From: Bacteroidales bacterium
GTDB taxonomy: Bacteria > Bacteroidota > Bacteroidia > Bacteroidales > UBA10428
Length of the DNA: 64,000 nt
Reading direction: 5' to 3'
Assembly: GCA_041737295.1 (NCBI GenBank)
Contig: JBGSSA010000141.1
Location: 397 to 64,396 of the forward strand
Position numbers and translations under genes: made by a program
Notes under the pieces: model-generated
Seen by the model: only the letters and a program-made list of their open reading frames with translations
The model's database searches: none
Told to the model about the DNA's origin: nothing
Shown here: piece by piece, positions 1 to 9,197 of the stretch
Position numbering within the stretch: the stretch's first letter is position 1
How the letters are laid out: the number at the start of each line of letters is the position of its first letter

Positions 1-1236
1 TGCCGGCTTCGCGAATGCGGGTTTCAATGCGGATAACCGGACGGATCTCCCCTGAAAGTCCAACCTCGGCACTAAAGCATGTCTTTTTTGTAATTGCTTT
101 ATCTACACCGGATGAAAGCACGGCCCCGATTACGGCAAGGTCGAGCGCCGGATCAGTAACCCGGAGTCCACCCGCCAGGTTGAGAAATACATCACGGGTA
201 GCCAGTTTGAATCCGGCTCTTCGCTCCAGTACAGCCAGCAGCATATTCAACCGCCTCACATCGTATCCTGTGGAAACCCGCTGGGGCATTCCATAAGCCG
301 CTGTGCTGACAAGTGCCTGGACCTCTATAAGAAAGGGGCGGATTCCGTCTATCGTGGCGGCTGTCGTTATCCCGCTGAGTCCCTCGTTGTTTTTGTTGAT
401 CAGCACTTCGGAAGGGTTGGAAACTTCTTTAAGTCCGTTCTGCTGCATTTCAAAGATACCCAGTTCAGCAGTTGCCCCAAAACGGTTTTTTGTAGCCCGG
501 AGGATCCTGTATAAATAATGCTGGTCACCTTCGAAAAGCAATACGGTATCGACAATATGTTCCAGCACCTTCGGCCCTGCCAGCGTTCCGTCCTTTGTAA
601 TATGACCGATAAGGAAAACCGGCGTTTCAGTTTCCTTGGCAAATTTCATCAGCTTTCCGGCACATTCACGTATCTGGGTTATACTTCCGGGAGATGATTC
701 AAGACCCTCATCCTGCAATGTCTGCACAGAGTCAACGATAAGGATATCGGGCTTAATATTTTCAATTTGTATAAAAATATTCTGAAGGGATACTTCGGGT
801 AATACGAAACAATTTTCGTTCACCTTTCCGATTCGGTCAGCGCGCATCCTGATCTGCTGGGAACTTTCCTCCCCGGATATATATAACACCCTGTAATTCA
901 CCATGGCCAGGGCAACCTGCAGAGCCAGGGTGGATTTCCCGATGCCCGGTTCCCCGCCGATCAACACTACAGATCCTTTTACAAGACCTCCGCCCAGAAC
1001 CCGGTTCAGCTCGCCGGTCTGTGTATCCAGCCTTGCCTGCGATTCGGTATTGATCTCATGTATCCTGACCGGAACCTGCGCACTCACGTGAAAGGCTGAA
1101 CTTTTGGCACCACCGGACTTGGGAACTACTTCTTCAACAAAAGTATTCCATTCGCTGCATGACGGGCATTTGCCGATCCATTTGGGTGATTCGGCACCGC
1201 AATTCCGACAGAAGAAAACAGTTTTTGATTTTGCCA
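1..1236 (-). CDS. radA: DNA repair protein RadA (partial; 3' end runs off the window, N-terminal 412 codons present)
   Basis: Absent from the ORF track because it is open at the window edge. Minus-strand translation from ATG (1236..1234) gives MAKSKTVFFCRNCGAESPKWIGKCPSCSEWNTF (C4 zinc ribbon), VVLIGGEPGIGKSTLALQ (Walker A) and the RadA KNRFG motif. The + ORFs 15..1292 are antisense shadows. Confidence 0.9.
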
Positions 1237-1734
1237 TTATTGCTTATCGGTTAGCTTACCGATTACCTGCGTGCTTGAGAATCCGGGGGTAAGGTCAACG
1301 GTGAGCACCTGTCCTCCCCAGGAGGTTACAAGGTCATGACCTACAATTTCAGTTGGGGTATAATCACTTCCTTTCACCAAAACATCCGGCTTAACCTTCC
1401 GGATAAGCTCCAGCGGAGTATCTTCGCCAAACAGGATAATGGCCGAGGTAAAACTCATGGAAGCAAGTATATAAGCCCTCGTTTCCTCATCAAGATAAGG
1501 CCTTGATGCACCCTTGAGCCTCTTTACCGATTCATCCGTATTCAGTCCGACAACCAGGAGGTCCCCCAATCCGGATGCACTCGCAAGGTAATCCACATGG
1601 CCCCTGTGAAGAACATCAAAGCATCCGTTTGTAAATACGATTTTTTGGTTTTTAAACCGCACCCGGGCCAGCCACCTGTCCAGTTCAGACCCCGACAGGA
1701 TCTTACTCCTGATTATGTCAGTTTTATGACTCAT
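1237..1734 (-). CDS. rfaE2: D-glycero-beta-D-manno-heptose 1-phosphate adenylyltransferase (RfaE domain II / cytidylyltransferase family)
   Basis: 165 aa with the FTNGCFDVLHRGHVDYL nucleotidyltransferase HxGH motif. Its stop abuts the radA ATG. Confidence 0.75.
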   Translation of the reverse strand: MSHKTDIIRSKILSGSELDRWLARVRFKNQKIVFTNGCFDVLHRGHVDYLASASGLGDLLVVGLNTDESVKRLKGASRPYLDEETRAYILASMSFTSAIILFGEDTPLELIRKVKPDVLVKGSDYTPTEIVGHDLVTSWGGQVLTVDLTPGFSSTQVIGKLTDKQ

Positions 1735-1743
1735 GCAGTTGCA

Positions 1744-2094
1744 TCATACTAACCTGTTGGTGATGCTATCCGGAAAAATGATTACAGGCCTGTGGCTTTT
1801 TGCTTCCTTCACCTCAACCATGGCATAGGACATAATGATCACAACATCTCCCACAACCACTTTTCGTGCAGCAGGTCCGTTGAGGCAAATGACCCCGGTG
1901 CCCCGTCCGCCGGTTATAACATACGTGTCAAGCCTCTCCCCGTTATTGATATTAACAACCTGTACTTTTTCATTTTCAATCAGGCCTGCCGCGTCCATCA
2001 GGTCTTCGTCGATTGTAATACTGCCAAGATAATTCAGGTTGGCTTCAGTGACCGTTACACGGTGGATTTTTGATTTAAGGACCTCTATATACAT
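1744..2094 (-). CDS. panD: Aspartate 1-decarboxylase
   Basis: 116 aa. [32 protein letters not shown] matches the PanD N-terminus, including the GS self-cleavage site. Confidence 0.92.
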   Translation of the reverse strand: MYIEVLKSKIHRVTVTEANLNYLGSITIDEDLMDAAGLIENEKVQVVNINNGERLDTYVITGGRGTGVICLNGPAARKVVVGDVVIIMSYAMVEVKEAKSHRPVIIFPDSITNRLV

Positions 2095-2105
2095 ACAGGG
2101 CGAAA

Positions 2106-2951
2106 TTACAAAGAAAAATTGACATTGTCTATCAGCCTTACCTTGCCAACCTTAACTGCCACACAGCCAATCTTGCTCCCTGGTTCCTCCCACGATTTCA
2201 CGGGCTGAAGAGTTGTATCATCGGCAATCTCGAAATATTCAGTCTGTAAAAACAGATCTTCATCGATGCGGTCACGCACATATTTTCTGATTTCATCGGG
2301 AGTATGGGACCGTGCTAAATCCCTGGCCCGGAACAGTGTTTCGGAAATACGTGCGGCATGCTTACGCTCATCCGTTGTCAGGAGAGCATTTCTTGAACTC
2401 ATCGCCAACCCGTCATGTTCACGGATGATCGGACAGGATATTATTTCAACCGGAAGATTATAATCGCTGGTTACCTTTTTCAAAATGGCAAGCTGCTGAA
2501 AATCTTTGAGTCCAAAATAAGCCCGCCTGGGCTGCACAATCTCGAACAACCGTGTAACAACCTGGGCTACCCCATTAAAATGGCCCGGACGGTGCTTCCC
2601 TTCCATTACGGTACCAAGGCTGCCAAAATCGAAAACCCGGGTATCGGGTTCAGGGTAAACCTCGTTTACATCCGGCATAAAAACAACATCGCAACCGGCT
2701 TCCTCCAGTAACCGGATGTCCCTTTCCGGCATGCAGGGATAATTTTCCAGGTCCTTCTTGTCGTTAAACTGGTTGGGATTAACGAATATGCTGACAATGG
2801 TTACCTGATTTTCCCTTTTGCAGATATTTACAAGTGAAATATGGCCTTCATGCAATGCTCCCATGGTGGGTACAAATCCGGTTTCATATCCGGGTTCTTT
2901 TATGGAAGCGATGAATTGCCTGAGCTGTAATACGGATTGTGCAACTTTCAT
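2106..2951 (-). CDS. panC: Pantoate-beta-alanine ligase
   Basis: [10 protein letters not shown] motif. I place the start at internal ATG 2951 ([10 protein letters not shown]...), because the 60 upstream codons of ORF 2106..3131 are read through tandem repeats. Confidence 0.9.
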   Translation of the reverse strand: MKVAQSVLQLRQFIASIKEPGYETGFVPTMGALHEGHISLVNICKRENQVTIVSIFVNPNQFNDKKDLENYPCMPERDIRLLEEAGCDVVFMPDVNEVYPEPDTRVFDFGSLGTVMEGKHRPGHFNGVAQVVTRLFEIVQPRRAYFGLKDFQQLAILKKVTSDYNLPVEIISCPIIREHDGLAMSSRNALLTTDERKHAARISETLFRARDLARSHTPDEIRKYVRDRIDEDLFLQTEYFEIADDTTLQPVKSWEEPGSKIGCVAVKVGKVRLIDNVNFSL

Positions 2952-2956
2952 GGTTG

Positions 2957-2964
2957 CAAATATA
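2957..2964 (-). promoter_or_regulatory. Candidate Bacteroidota -7 promoter box (TATATTTG) 5 nt upstream of the panC ATG
   Basis: Minus strand reads TATATTTGcaaccATG, a perfect TAnnTTTG match. Confidence 0.3.
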
Positions 2965-2970
2965 AAAATG

Positions 2971-2990
2971 ATTTGTTGATTTGTTGATTG
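2971..2990. repeat. 8-mer tandem repeat (ATTTGTTG) x2.5
   Basis: Direct reading: atttgttg atttgttg attg. Confidence 0.9.
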
Positions 2991-2993
2991 TTT

Positions 2994-3056
2994 AGGCTGA
3001 AGGTTGAAGGCTGAAGGCTGAAGGCTGTAGGATGAAGGCTGTAGGATGAAGGTTTT
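2994..3056. repeat. 7-mer tandem repeat (AGGCTGA and variants AGGTTGA/AGGCTGT/AGGATGA) x9
   Basis: Direct reading shows nine contiguous heptamers. Confidence 0.95.
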
Positions 3057-3084
3057 TAGGGAGTCTTCTCCAGAAGAGGAACTG

Positions 3085-3140
3085 ACTGCAAGACTGCAAA
3101 ACTGCATAACTGCAAAACTGCAAAACTGCAAAACTTTCTC
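3085..3140. repeat. 8-mer tandem repeat (ACTGCAAA) x6, ending in the junction unit ACTTTCTC
   Basis: Direct reading: actgcaag actgcaaa actgcata actgcaaa x3 actttctc. Confidence 0.95.
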
Positions 3141-3171
3141 ACTCGTCCCTCGTCACTCGTCCCTCGTCACT
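3141..3171. repeat. 14-mer (two alternating heptamers, ACTCGTC/CCTCGTC) x2.2; minus strand reads GTGACGA/GGGACGA
   Basis: Direct reading. The repeat overlaps the last 6 codons and the stop of the histidine kinase gene. Confidence 0.9.
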
Positions 3172-4934
3172 TCTTTCGACAGGGTAAACAGAAATTCCAG
3201 TCCGCCCCCAACCCGGTTCCTTACAGAAATCTCCCCCTTGTGAAACTGAACGGCATTTTTTACAATAGCAAGTCCGAGGCCGGTGCCTCCGCTTTTACGG
3301 TCACGTCCTTTATCTACCCTGTAGAACCGTTCAAACAGCCGGGGCAGGTCACTGGCAGGCACACCGATACCTGTATCGGAAAATGAAAAGTAATAAAATT
3401 CCTTATCCTCAAGGTATTGATCGACCCTGATCGTAAGGTCATTCCCTCCATGACGTATGGCATTATCAAAAAGATTCCTGAAAATGGAATACAACAATAC
3501 CGGATTCCCGTTGATGGGCAAAAATTCCGGAAGGGCAAGTTCAAGGGATATATTTTTCTCCTTAAGCTGCAATTCAAGCTCAACGGAAATATCGCGTATG
3601 AGCTCATTGATATCGGCCTTTTCAACCAGGTAAAGGGTTGAAGCCTCTTCTATTTTTGTAAGCAGTGAGATATCATTGATAAGGTCCGCCAACCGGCTCG
3701 ACTGCAAATAGGCGCGTTGAAGGAAATCTGCTGTCTTTGCCTTATCGATATTGCCCTGCAGAATGGTTTCAAGAAATCCTTTTATCGAACTGACCGGGGT
3801 CTTAAGTTCATGGGCAATGTTTTCCGTGAGCTGTTGTTTCAGTATTTTGCGCTTTGCCGGTTTGGTAATATCGTTGATTGAAATTTCAAATGTCCGGTCA
3901 AGAAAAACTACGCTTTTCACCGAGAAAAACTTACCATTCCGGCTAATCACAATTTCATATGTAGGCAATGAACCAGCCTGGTTTGCCGGGTCAAACTTCA
4001 GATTTTTATCTACAAAATTTACGAGGGAAGCAAAATCTTCGATCCTGAAAAATTCTTCCCCGGAGATAACCCGTTTATCGCTGATCTGGTTAAGAAAACC
4101 GATAAAGTGGGCATTGCTTGTAATGATAAGTTTATCGGGTGAGAAAATGGCAATCCCTTCGTCAAGCAAATTCAGATGCCGGATCAGTTTGGCCTTTTCA
4201 GCAAGTAGTTCTTCCGTGGTTTTGTTTAACCGCTTATAAATATCGATTATGTCCTGCCCGATAACCCCAAGCTCATTACCCGGAAAATTCATTTCCTTGT
4301 CAATAGGCTCATTGGCCAATGCCTTCTTCGTGAATTGCCGCAAGGTCCGGATTGATTTGCCGAATTTATCGTTGATAAGGATGATTGAAAACGAAGTAAT
4401 GAAGAAGATCAACAGGATAAACAGGATAAAAACCCGGTCGGGCTGAATAAATTTTCTAACAGTGAAATCATAGACTTCCGAAACCCTGATGAATACATTG
4501 CTGAATTTACGTGCATAATAATAATACTCAACCTTCGTCGTATTCGATCTCCGGATATCGGTTCCGTAAATGCCGCCAATTGCCTGCTGCACCTCCGGCC
4601 TTTGGAAGTGATTCTCAATGCCGGAGGGATCCTTTACCCATGAATCATACAGTACCTTCCCGTCCCCGGCGATGAGGGTAATGCGCAGCGACTTTTTTGA
4701 AATGAGAGAATTCAGGGTATCCATCCGGGCAAAGTTCCCGGAAGCAATCATATTGTAGCGCCTGGTATAATTGTTTATGAGCACTGTATAGTTGTCGAGC
4801 TCCTTATTAAGTGCGTCAATACGGAATTTCTTCTCATGACGGAATTCCGAAACCAGCAATACTGTCGTGAAGAGCAATAAAAACGATACAATATAGAAAA
4901 GCCACTTCCTGCTGTAAGAGAATAATAAATTCAT
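3153..4934 (-). CDS. Sensor histidine kinase, PhoR-like by context
   Basis: H-box ENIAHELKTPVSSIKGF, and N/G boxes FRNLFDNAIRHG, DTGIGV, GGTGLGLAIV. N-terminal TM segments are present. ATG 4934 is preferred over TTG 4961. The gene is paired with an OmpR/PhoB-type regulator next to the pst operon. Confidence 0.8.
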   Translation of the reverse strand: MNLLFSYSRKWLFYIVSFLLLFTTVLLVSEFRHEKKFRIDALNKELDNYTVLINNYTRRYNMIASGNFARMDTLNSLISKKSLRITLIAGDGKVLYDSWVKDPSGIENHFQRPEVQQAIGGIYGTDIRRSNTTKVEYYYYARKFSNVFIRVSEVYDFTVRKFIQPDRVFILFILLIFFITSFSIILINDKFGKSIRTLRQFTKKALANEPIDKEMNFPGNELGVIGQDIIDIYKRLNKTTEELLAEKAKLIRHLNLLDEGIAIFSPDKLIITSNAHFIGFLNQISDKRVISGEEFFRIEDFASLVNFVDKNLKFDPANQAGSLPTYEIVISRNGKFFSVKSVVFLDRTFEISINDITKPAKRKILKQQLTENIAHELKTPVSSIKGFLETILQGNIDKAKTADFLQRAYLQSSRLADLINDISLLTKIEEASTLYLVEKADINELIRDISVELELQLKEKNISLELALPEFLPINGNPVLLYSIFRNLFDNAIRHGGNDLTIRVDQYLEDKEFYYFSFSDTGIGVPASDLPRLFERFYRVDKGRDRKSGGTGLGLAIVKNAVQFHKGEISVRNRVGGGLEFLFTLSKEVTRDE

Positions 4935-4942
4935 ATGTTCAG

Positions 4943-5638
4943 TTAATCCATTTCGAAGCAATATCCATATCCTTTGCGGGTAACCAGGAATTTCCCATAG
5001 TCTCCCAGCTTTTTCCGAAGACGGGTTACATGCACATCCACGGTCCTCTCTGTAACGGAAACATCCTTCCAGATAAAATCAAGGATCTGATCCCGGTCGA
5101 AAATTCTGCCCGGATTTTTGAGCAACATATATAGTAATTGAAATTCAATGGGGGTAAGGTCTTCCCGCTGACCGTCAATGGTGAGCCGTTTTTTTTCCAG
5201 GTCAAGCGATATGCCCTCAATCCGGATCGCATCCTCCGGATTCTCATGCTCTGATTTGCTTTCAGCCCTTCGGGCAACAGCTTTTACCCGGGCAATGATC
5301 TCCTTCACTGAAAAAGGCTTCGTGATAAAATCATCCGCCCCAAGAGAAAACCCTGTAAGCTTGTCATTTTCGGAGTTTTTAGCTGTGATGAAAATGATGG
5401 GGGTGGTGAGTTTTTTCCGTTTCCGGATCTCATCGGCCAGTTTGTATCCCGACATGCCTTTCATCATTACGTCAAGCAGGAAAAGCTGGTATCTTTCAAT
5501 TTTACGTGTCAGCGCCTCTTCCGCTGAATTTACCGTATCTGCAATAAATCCTTCCGACTCGAGATTGAATTTCAGGATCTCGCATATGTCCTCCTCATCA
5601 TCCACTATAAGAATACGGTACTTTTTGAGGTCTGTCAT
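4943..5638 (-). CDS. OmpR/PhoB-family response regulator, PhoB-like by context
   Basis: Receiver domain (ILIVDDEEDI, LFLLDVMM) plus a winged-helix domain (ERTVDVHVTRLRKKL). Divergent from the porin-pstSCAB-phoU block. Confidence 0.85.
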   Translation of the reverse strand: MTDLKKYRILIVDDEEDICEILKFNLESEGFIADTVNSAEEALTRKIERYQLFLLDVMMKGMSGYKLADEIRKRKKLTTPIIFITAKNSENDKLTGFSLGADDFITKPFSVKEIIARVKAVARRAESKSEHENPEDAIRIEGISLDLEKKRLTIDGQREDLTPIEFQLLYMLLKNPGRIFDRDQILDFIWKDVSVTERTVDVHVTRLRKKLGDYGKFLVTRKGYGYCFEMD

Positions 5639-5676
5639 GATCCTGTATAATAATTAACAAAAATACAGCTGTCGCA

Positions 5677-5790
5677 TTACAGCTATATTACAAATTTGTA
5701 ACAATATTATTACAATATGTTATGCATTTTTTACAATTTTTTGTAGCTACTTTGTAACATGATCTTAACTTTATTGTAATAAATGTGTAA
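5677..5790. promoter_or_regulatory. Candidate Pho-box-like arrays of 5-nt motifs phased at 11 bp
   Basis: + strand TTACA/TAACA starts at 5677, 5688, 5699 and 5710 (then 5731). + strand TGTAG/TGTAA starts at 5742, 5753, (5764 weak), 5775 and 5786. A perfect 14-bp palindrome TTACAAATTTGTAA sits at 5688..5701. Confidence 0.5.
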
Positions 5791-5815
5791 TAATCAATCC
5801 TCAAATTTGTACCTG

Positions 5816-7051
5816 ATGAAATCATCAAAATTATTCTGCTCACGGATGAGAAAAATGCTATTTACCGCCTGCGTAATCGTACCCTCATTTAAGGCATTTG
5901 CCCAACATCCTTCAGATACCCTTAATGAACAACTTTCCACAATAGATGGCAGGCTCAATTCGCTGGATGAACGGGTTGCGTTAACTGAAAATGACCTTGG
6001 CAAACTCACCAAAATAAAGGTTTCAGGGTATATCCAGTCCCAATTTGAAAATTACCAGGACGGCCTTTTAAAGCCGAATGATGCTGAAAATACATTTTAT
6101 ATAAGGCGTGCAAGGGTAAAATTCACCTACGAAGCTACGGACGGCTTGAAATTTGTATTGCAGCCTGATTTCAGCACTGGAAATCTTTCCCTGAAAGATG
6201 CCTATGCTGTGGTTTCCCTTCCCAAACTCCCTTCTCTCTCGTTATGGGCGGGCCAGTTCAACCGCCTCAATTATGAGGTTGAATATTCCTCTTCGCAGCG
6301 TGAAGTGATGGAAAGATCAAGAGTTATCCGCACCATTTATCCCGGTGAACGGGAGATAGGTGCCAAACTGGAATTCCACCCGGTTACCGTGCCGTTGAAA
6401 TTACAGGTTGCGGTTCTTAACGGAAATTTTACCGGCAGCCAGCCAAAAGATGCGGACACCAAAAAAGACCTCATGGCCCGTGCCACATGGTCGGCACAAA
6501 TACCTTCTGCAGGAATAGGAATTGATTTTGGAGCCCATGCCTATTATGGGGGTCTCATGGCTAAAAACAAGTATATCCTGAATTATGAAAATGTATTAGA
6601 TAGTTCCGCCACCAATACCGGATCTTATATGGATAAAAAATGGGCCGGAGCTGAAGTGCAGGTCTATTTTGATTTGTTGGGCGGGTTGGCACTGAAAGGT
6701 GAATACCTGGCAGGAAGTAATGCATTCAACGGGGATTCAAAAACAACCCCGAGCAGGATGAAAAAATTCTCCGGATACTATGCCTACCTGATCAAGAATA
6801 TTGGGTTGAAAAACCAATTTGTAACCCGGTATGACTATTTCGATCCAAACACTTCTGTATCTGGCGATGCCGCTCTTTCAGATGTCTATTATAAAACCTG
6901 GGTATTTGCCTGGCAATATTACCTGAATGATAACATCCGACTTTCGGCTCAATATGAAATGCCCAAAAACGAGATTAATAATAACAGTGTTGTATATAAC
7001 TCAGATGTTGCTGATAATGTGTTTACTGTCAGAATTCAAGCCAAATTCTGA
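5816..7051 (+). CDS. Phosphate-selective porin O/P family outer-membrane protein
   Basis: Signal peptide MRKMLFTACVIVPSFKAFAQ, an N-terminal coiled segment, then KVSGYIQSQFE and a C-terminal aromatic residue (AKF). Possible starts are 5783, 5816 or 5846 (the 5846 ATG fits the signal peptide best). First gene of the pst block. Confidence 0.75.
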   Translation: MKSSKLFCSRMRKMLFTACVIVPSFKAFAQHPSDTLNEQLSTIDGRLNSLDERVALTENDLGKLTKIKVSGYIQSQFENYQDGLLKPNDAENTFYIRRARVKFTYEATDGLKFVLQPDFSTGNLSLKDAYAVVSLPKLPSLSLWAGQFNRLNYEVEYSSSQREVMERSRVIRTIYPGEREIGAKLEFHPVTVPLKLQVAVLNGNFTGSQPKDADTKKDLMARATWSAQIPSAGIGIDFGAHAYYGGLMAKNKYILNYENVLDSSATNTGSYMDKKWAGAEVQVYFDLLGGLALKGEYLAGSNAFNGDSKTTPSRMKKFSGYYAYLIKNIGLKNQFVTRYDYFDPNTSVSGDAALSDVYYKTWVFAWQYYLNDNIRLSAQYEMPKNEINNNSVVYNSDVADNVFTVRIQAKF

Positions 7052-7054
7052 AAC

Positions 7055-7085
7055 AGGGACTAGGGACTAGGGACTAGGGACAAGG
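7055..7085. repeat. 7-mer tandem repeat (AGGGACT x3, AGGGACA, AGG)
   Basis: Direct reading. It starts 4 nt after the porin stop. Confidence 0.9.
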
Positions 7086-7155
7086 AAGAAGAATACGATA
7101 AATGATGGTAGAAACGAAATTTTAATAAGAAGATCAAAACGTAAAATAAAACAAA

Positions 7156-7989
7156 ATGAAAAACAGGAAATTAATAGTAATGCCATTGCTTGCACTGGTA
7201 TTAATCGTTGGTGGTGCTTTTATGGCAAACACCAAAATCACGGTGAAGGGTTCCGACACGATGGTCATCCTGGCTCAGCGGTGGGCTGAGATATACATGA
7301 AAGCACATCCCGAAACTTCTATACAGGTTACCGGCGGGGGATCAGGGGTTGGAATTGCCGCTCTCATCAATGGCACTACCGATATAGCCAATTCCAGCCG
7401 CCCCATTAAATCGACAGAAGTTGAAAAACTCAAAGCCCGGTATAATACATTGGGTGTTGAAATTCCCTGCGCCAAAGACGGGATTACGATCTTTCTGCAC
7501 GAAAGCAATAAGGTACAGGAGTTAACTATTAAGCAGCTGAGTGATATTTACCAGGCCAAAATCACCAACTGGAAACAACTGGGTGGCGAAGATGCCCCGA
7601 TCAGGTTGTATGGCAGGGAAAACAGTTCAGGTACATATGTATACTTCAAAGAAGAGGTAGTGATGGGTGATTATGCTGCCAGTTGCCAGACATTGCCGGG
7701 CACGGCTGCCGTTGTCAATGCAGTCAAAAAGGATAAAAATGGGATTGGATATGGCGGAGCTGCATATGCTGCAGGCGTAAAACACTGCAAGGTTAAGAAG
7801 GATGCGCAATCAGCCGGAGTTTTACCCACCCCTGAGTCGATAGCTAAAAACCAGTATCCGATTTCCCGGTACCTGTATATCTATCTTAAGAACCGGCCGA
7901 CCGGGGAGCTTAAGAAATATATCGACTGGATCCTCAGTCCGGATGGTCAGAAAGTGGTTGTTGAAGTGGGCTATTTCCCGGTAAAATAA
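7156..7989 (+). CDS. pstS: Phosphate ABC transporter substrate-binding protein
   Basis: 277 aa with a signal peptide. GSDTM...GGGSGVG motifs fit the PBP-like PstS family. Followed by pstCAB. Confidence 0.88.
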   Translation: MKNRKLIVMPLLALVLIVGGAFMANTKITVKGSDTMVILAQRWAEIYMKAHPETSIQVTGGGSGVGIAALINGTTDIANSSRPIKSTEVEKLKARYNTLGVEIPCAKDGITIFLHESNKVQELTIKQLSDIYQAKITNWKQLGGEDAPIRLYGRENSSGTYVYFKEEVVMGDYAASCQTLPGTAAVVNAVKKDKNGIGYGGAAYAAGVKHCKVKKDAQSAGVLPTPESIAKNQYPISRYLYIYLKNRPTGELKKYIDWILSPDGQKVVVEVGYFPVK

Positions 7990-8033
7990 TTTCCCTAAGA
8001 AGGTTTTCCGGTTTGAAAAATAAAAATATCAAT

Positions 8034-9191
8034 ATGGATTCCCCGGTTCCGGGACAGGCAACAGAATTTGCCAATTCAATTCTGAAGAGGAAGTTCCGTT
8101 TTTCAGACTGGTTTGCTGAAAGGGTGATCAAGACAATAGCGTTTCTTTCCATTACAATTGTCGTTCTTATTTTTATTTTTGTATTCAGGGAGACATTGCC
8201 CCTGTTCCAGAAGCAGAAACAGGTCACCGCATACGGGAATTCAGGCACAGGTTCGGCAAATGAACTGCAGCCGGAATCCTACTCCCCCGATGGAGAAGAA
8301 AGTGCCCCGCTGAAGCCGGAAACCTATGGTGTGACGCCGGATACAAATATGACACATGCCACGGAGGAGGTTATTCCGGAAGAGACCGGTTCCTATATTG
8401 CCGAATATGGTGAAAGCGAGAACCGAAAAGCAATCAATACATTTTTATCCAGGGATTGGCAGCCTGTTTCCGACAACCCTCGCTACGGCCTGGTACCCTT
8501 GTTTTTCGGCACGCTCAAAGTGACGATCATAGCCATATTGTTCGCGGCCCCCATATCCATCCTGGCCGCCTTGTATACGGCTATGTTCGCCCCAAAAAAA
8601 ATCCGTGAATTTATTAAACCGGCCGTCGAGCTGCTGGCTGGATTCCCATCGGTGGTGATCGGCTTTTTTGCCCTGATGATCCTTGCTTCTGCCTTTCAGG
8701 ACCTGTTTGGATATGCAGGTCGTTTAAATGCATTTGTGGGCGGTATCGCCATGGCCCTGGCCGCCATCCCGGTCATATACACCTTAACGGAGGATGCACT
8801 CAGTGCGGTGCCCAAAACATATATGGAAGCCAGCCTGGGTCTGGGAGCCAGCCTGCGGCAAACTGCTTTCAGTGTCATATTGCCGGCTGCAACCCCGGGA
8901 ATATTTGCCGCTATATTACTTGGCGTGGGACGTGTATTCGGCGAAACCATGATCGCACTTATGGCTACAGGAAATGCGGCCCTCATATCCCTCAACCCCT
9001 TCGATTCAATCCGGACCCTGTCGGCAACTATCGGAGCTGAAATGGCTGAAGTTGTTTTCGGCGACACACATTACAGCGTCCTGTTCCTTATCGGATCGCT
9101 GCTATTCATATTTACCTTTATCCTGAATGCCCTGGCTGAATTCTATTTCAGAAACAGGCTCATCAGGCGTTTCCAGGGCAAAAGAAGCTAA
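8034..9191 (+). CDS. pstC: Phosphate ABC transporter permease PstC, with an enlarged first loop
   Basis: The C-terminal 280 aa is typical PstC (EAS-GLGA permease signature EASLGLGASLRQT). ATG 8034 is preferred over TTG 8013. Confidence 0.88.
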   Translation: MDSPVPGQATEFANSILKRKFRFSDWFAERVIKTIAFLSITIVVLIFIFVFRETLPLFQKQKQVTAYGNSGTGSANELQPESYSPDGEESAPLKPETYGVTPDTNMTHATEEVIPEETGSYIAEYGESENRKAINTFLSRDWQPVSDNPRYGLVPLFFGTLKVTIIAILFAAPISILAALYTAMFAPKKIREFIKPAVELLAGFPSVVIGFFALMILASAFQDLFGYAGRLNAFVGGIAMALAAIPVIYTLTEDALSAVPKTYMEASLGLGASLRQTAFSVILPAATPGIFAAILLGVGRVFGETMIALMATGNAALISLNPFDSIRTLSATIGAEMAEVVFGDTHYSVLFLIGSLLFIFTFILNALAEFYFRNRLIRRFQGKRS

Positions 9192-9197
9192 AAGACC

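Noticed and set aside
2952-3131. 60-codon N-terminal extension of the panC ORF (MQFCSFAVMQFCSLAV...QPSAFNLQPK...)
   Set aside because: It is a translation of the ACTGCAAA and AGGCTGA tandem repeats. Conserved PanC sequence begins at the internal ATG 2951, which is preceded by a promoter-like box.
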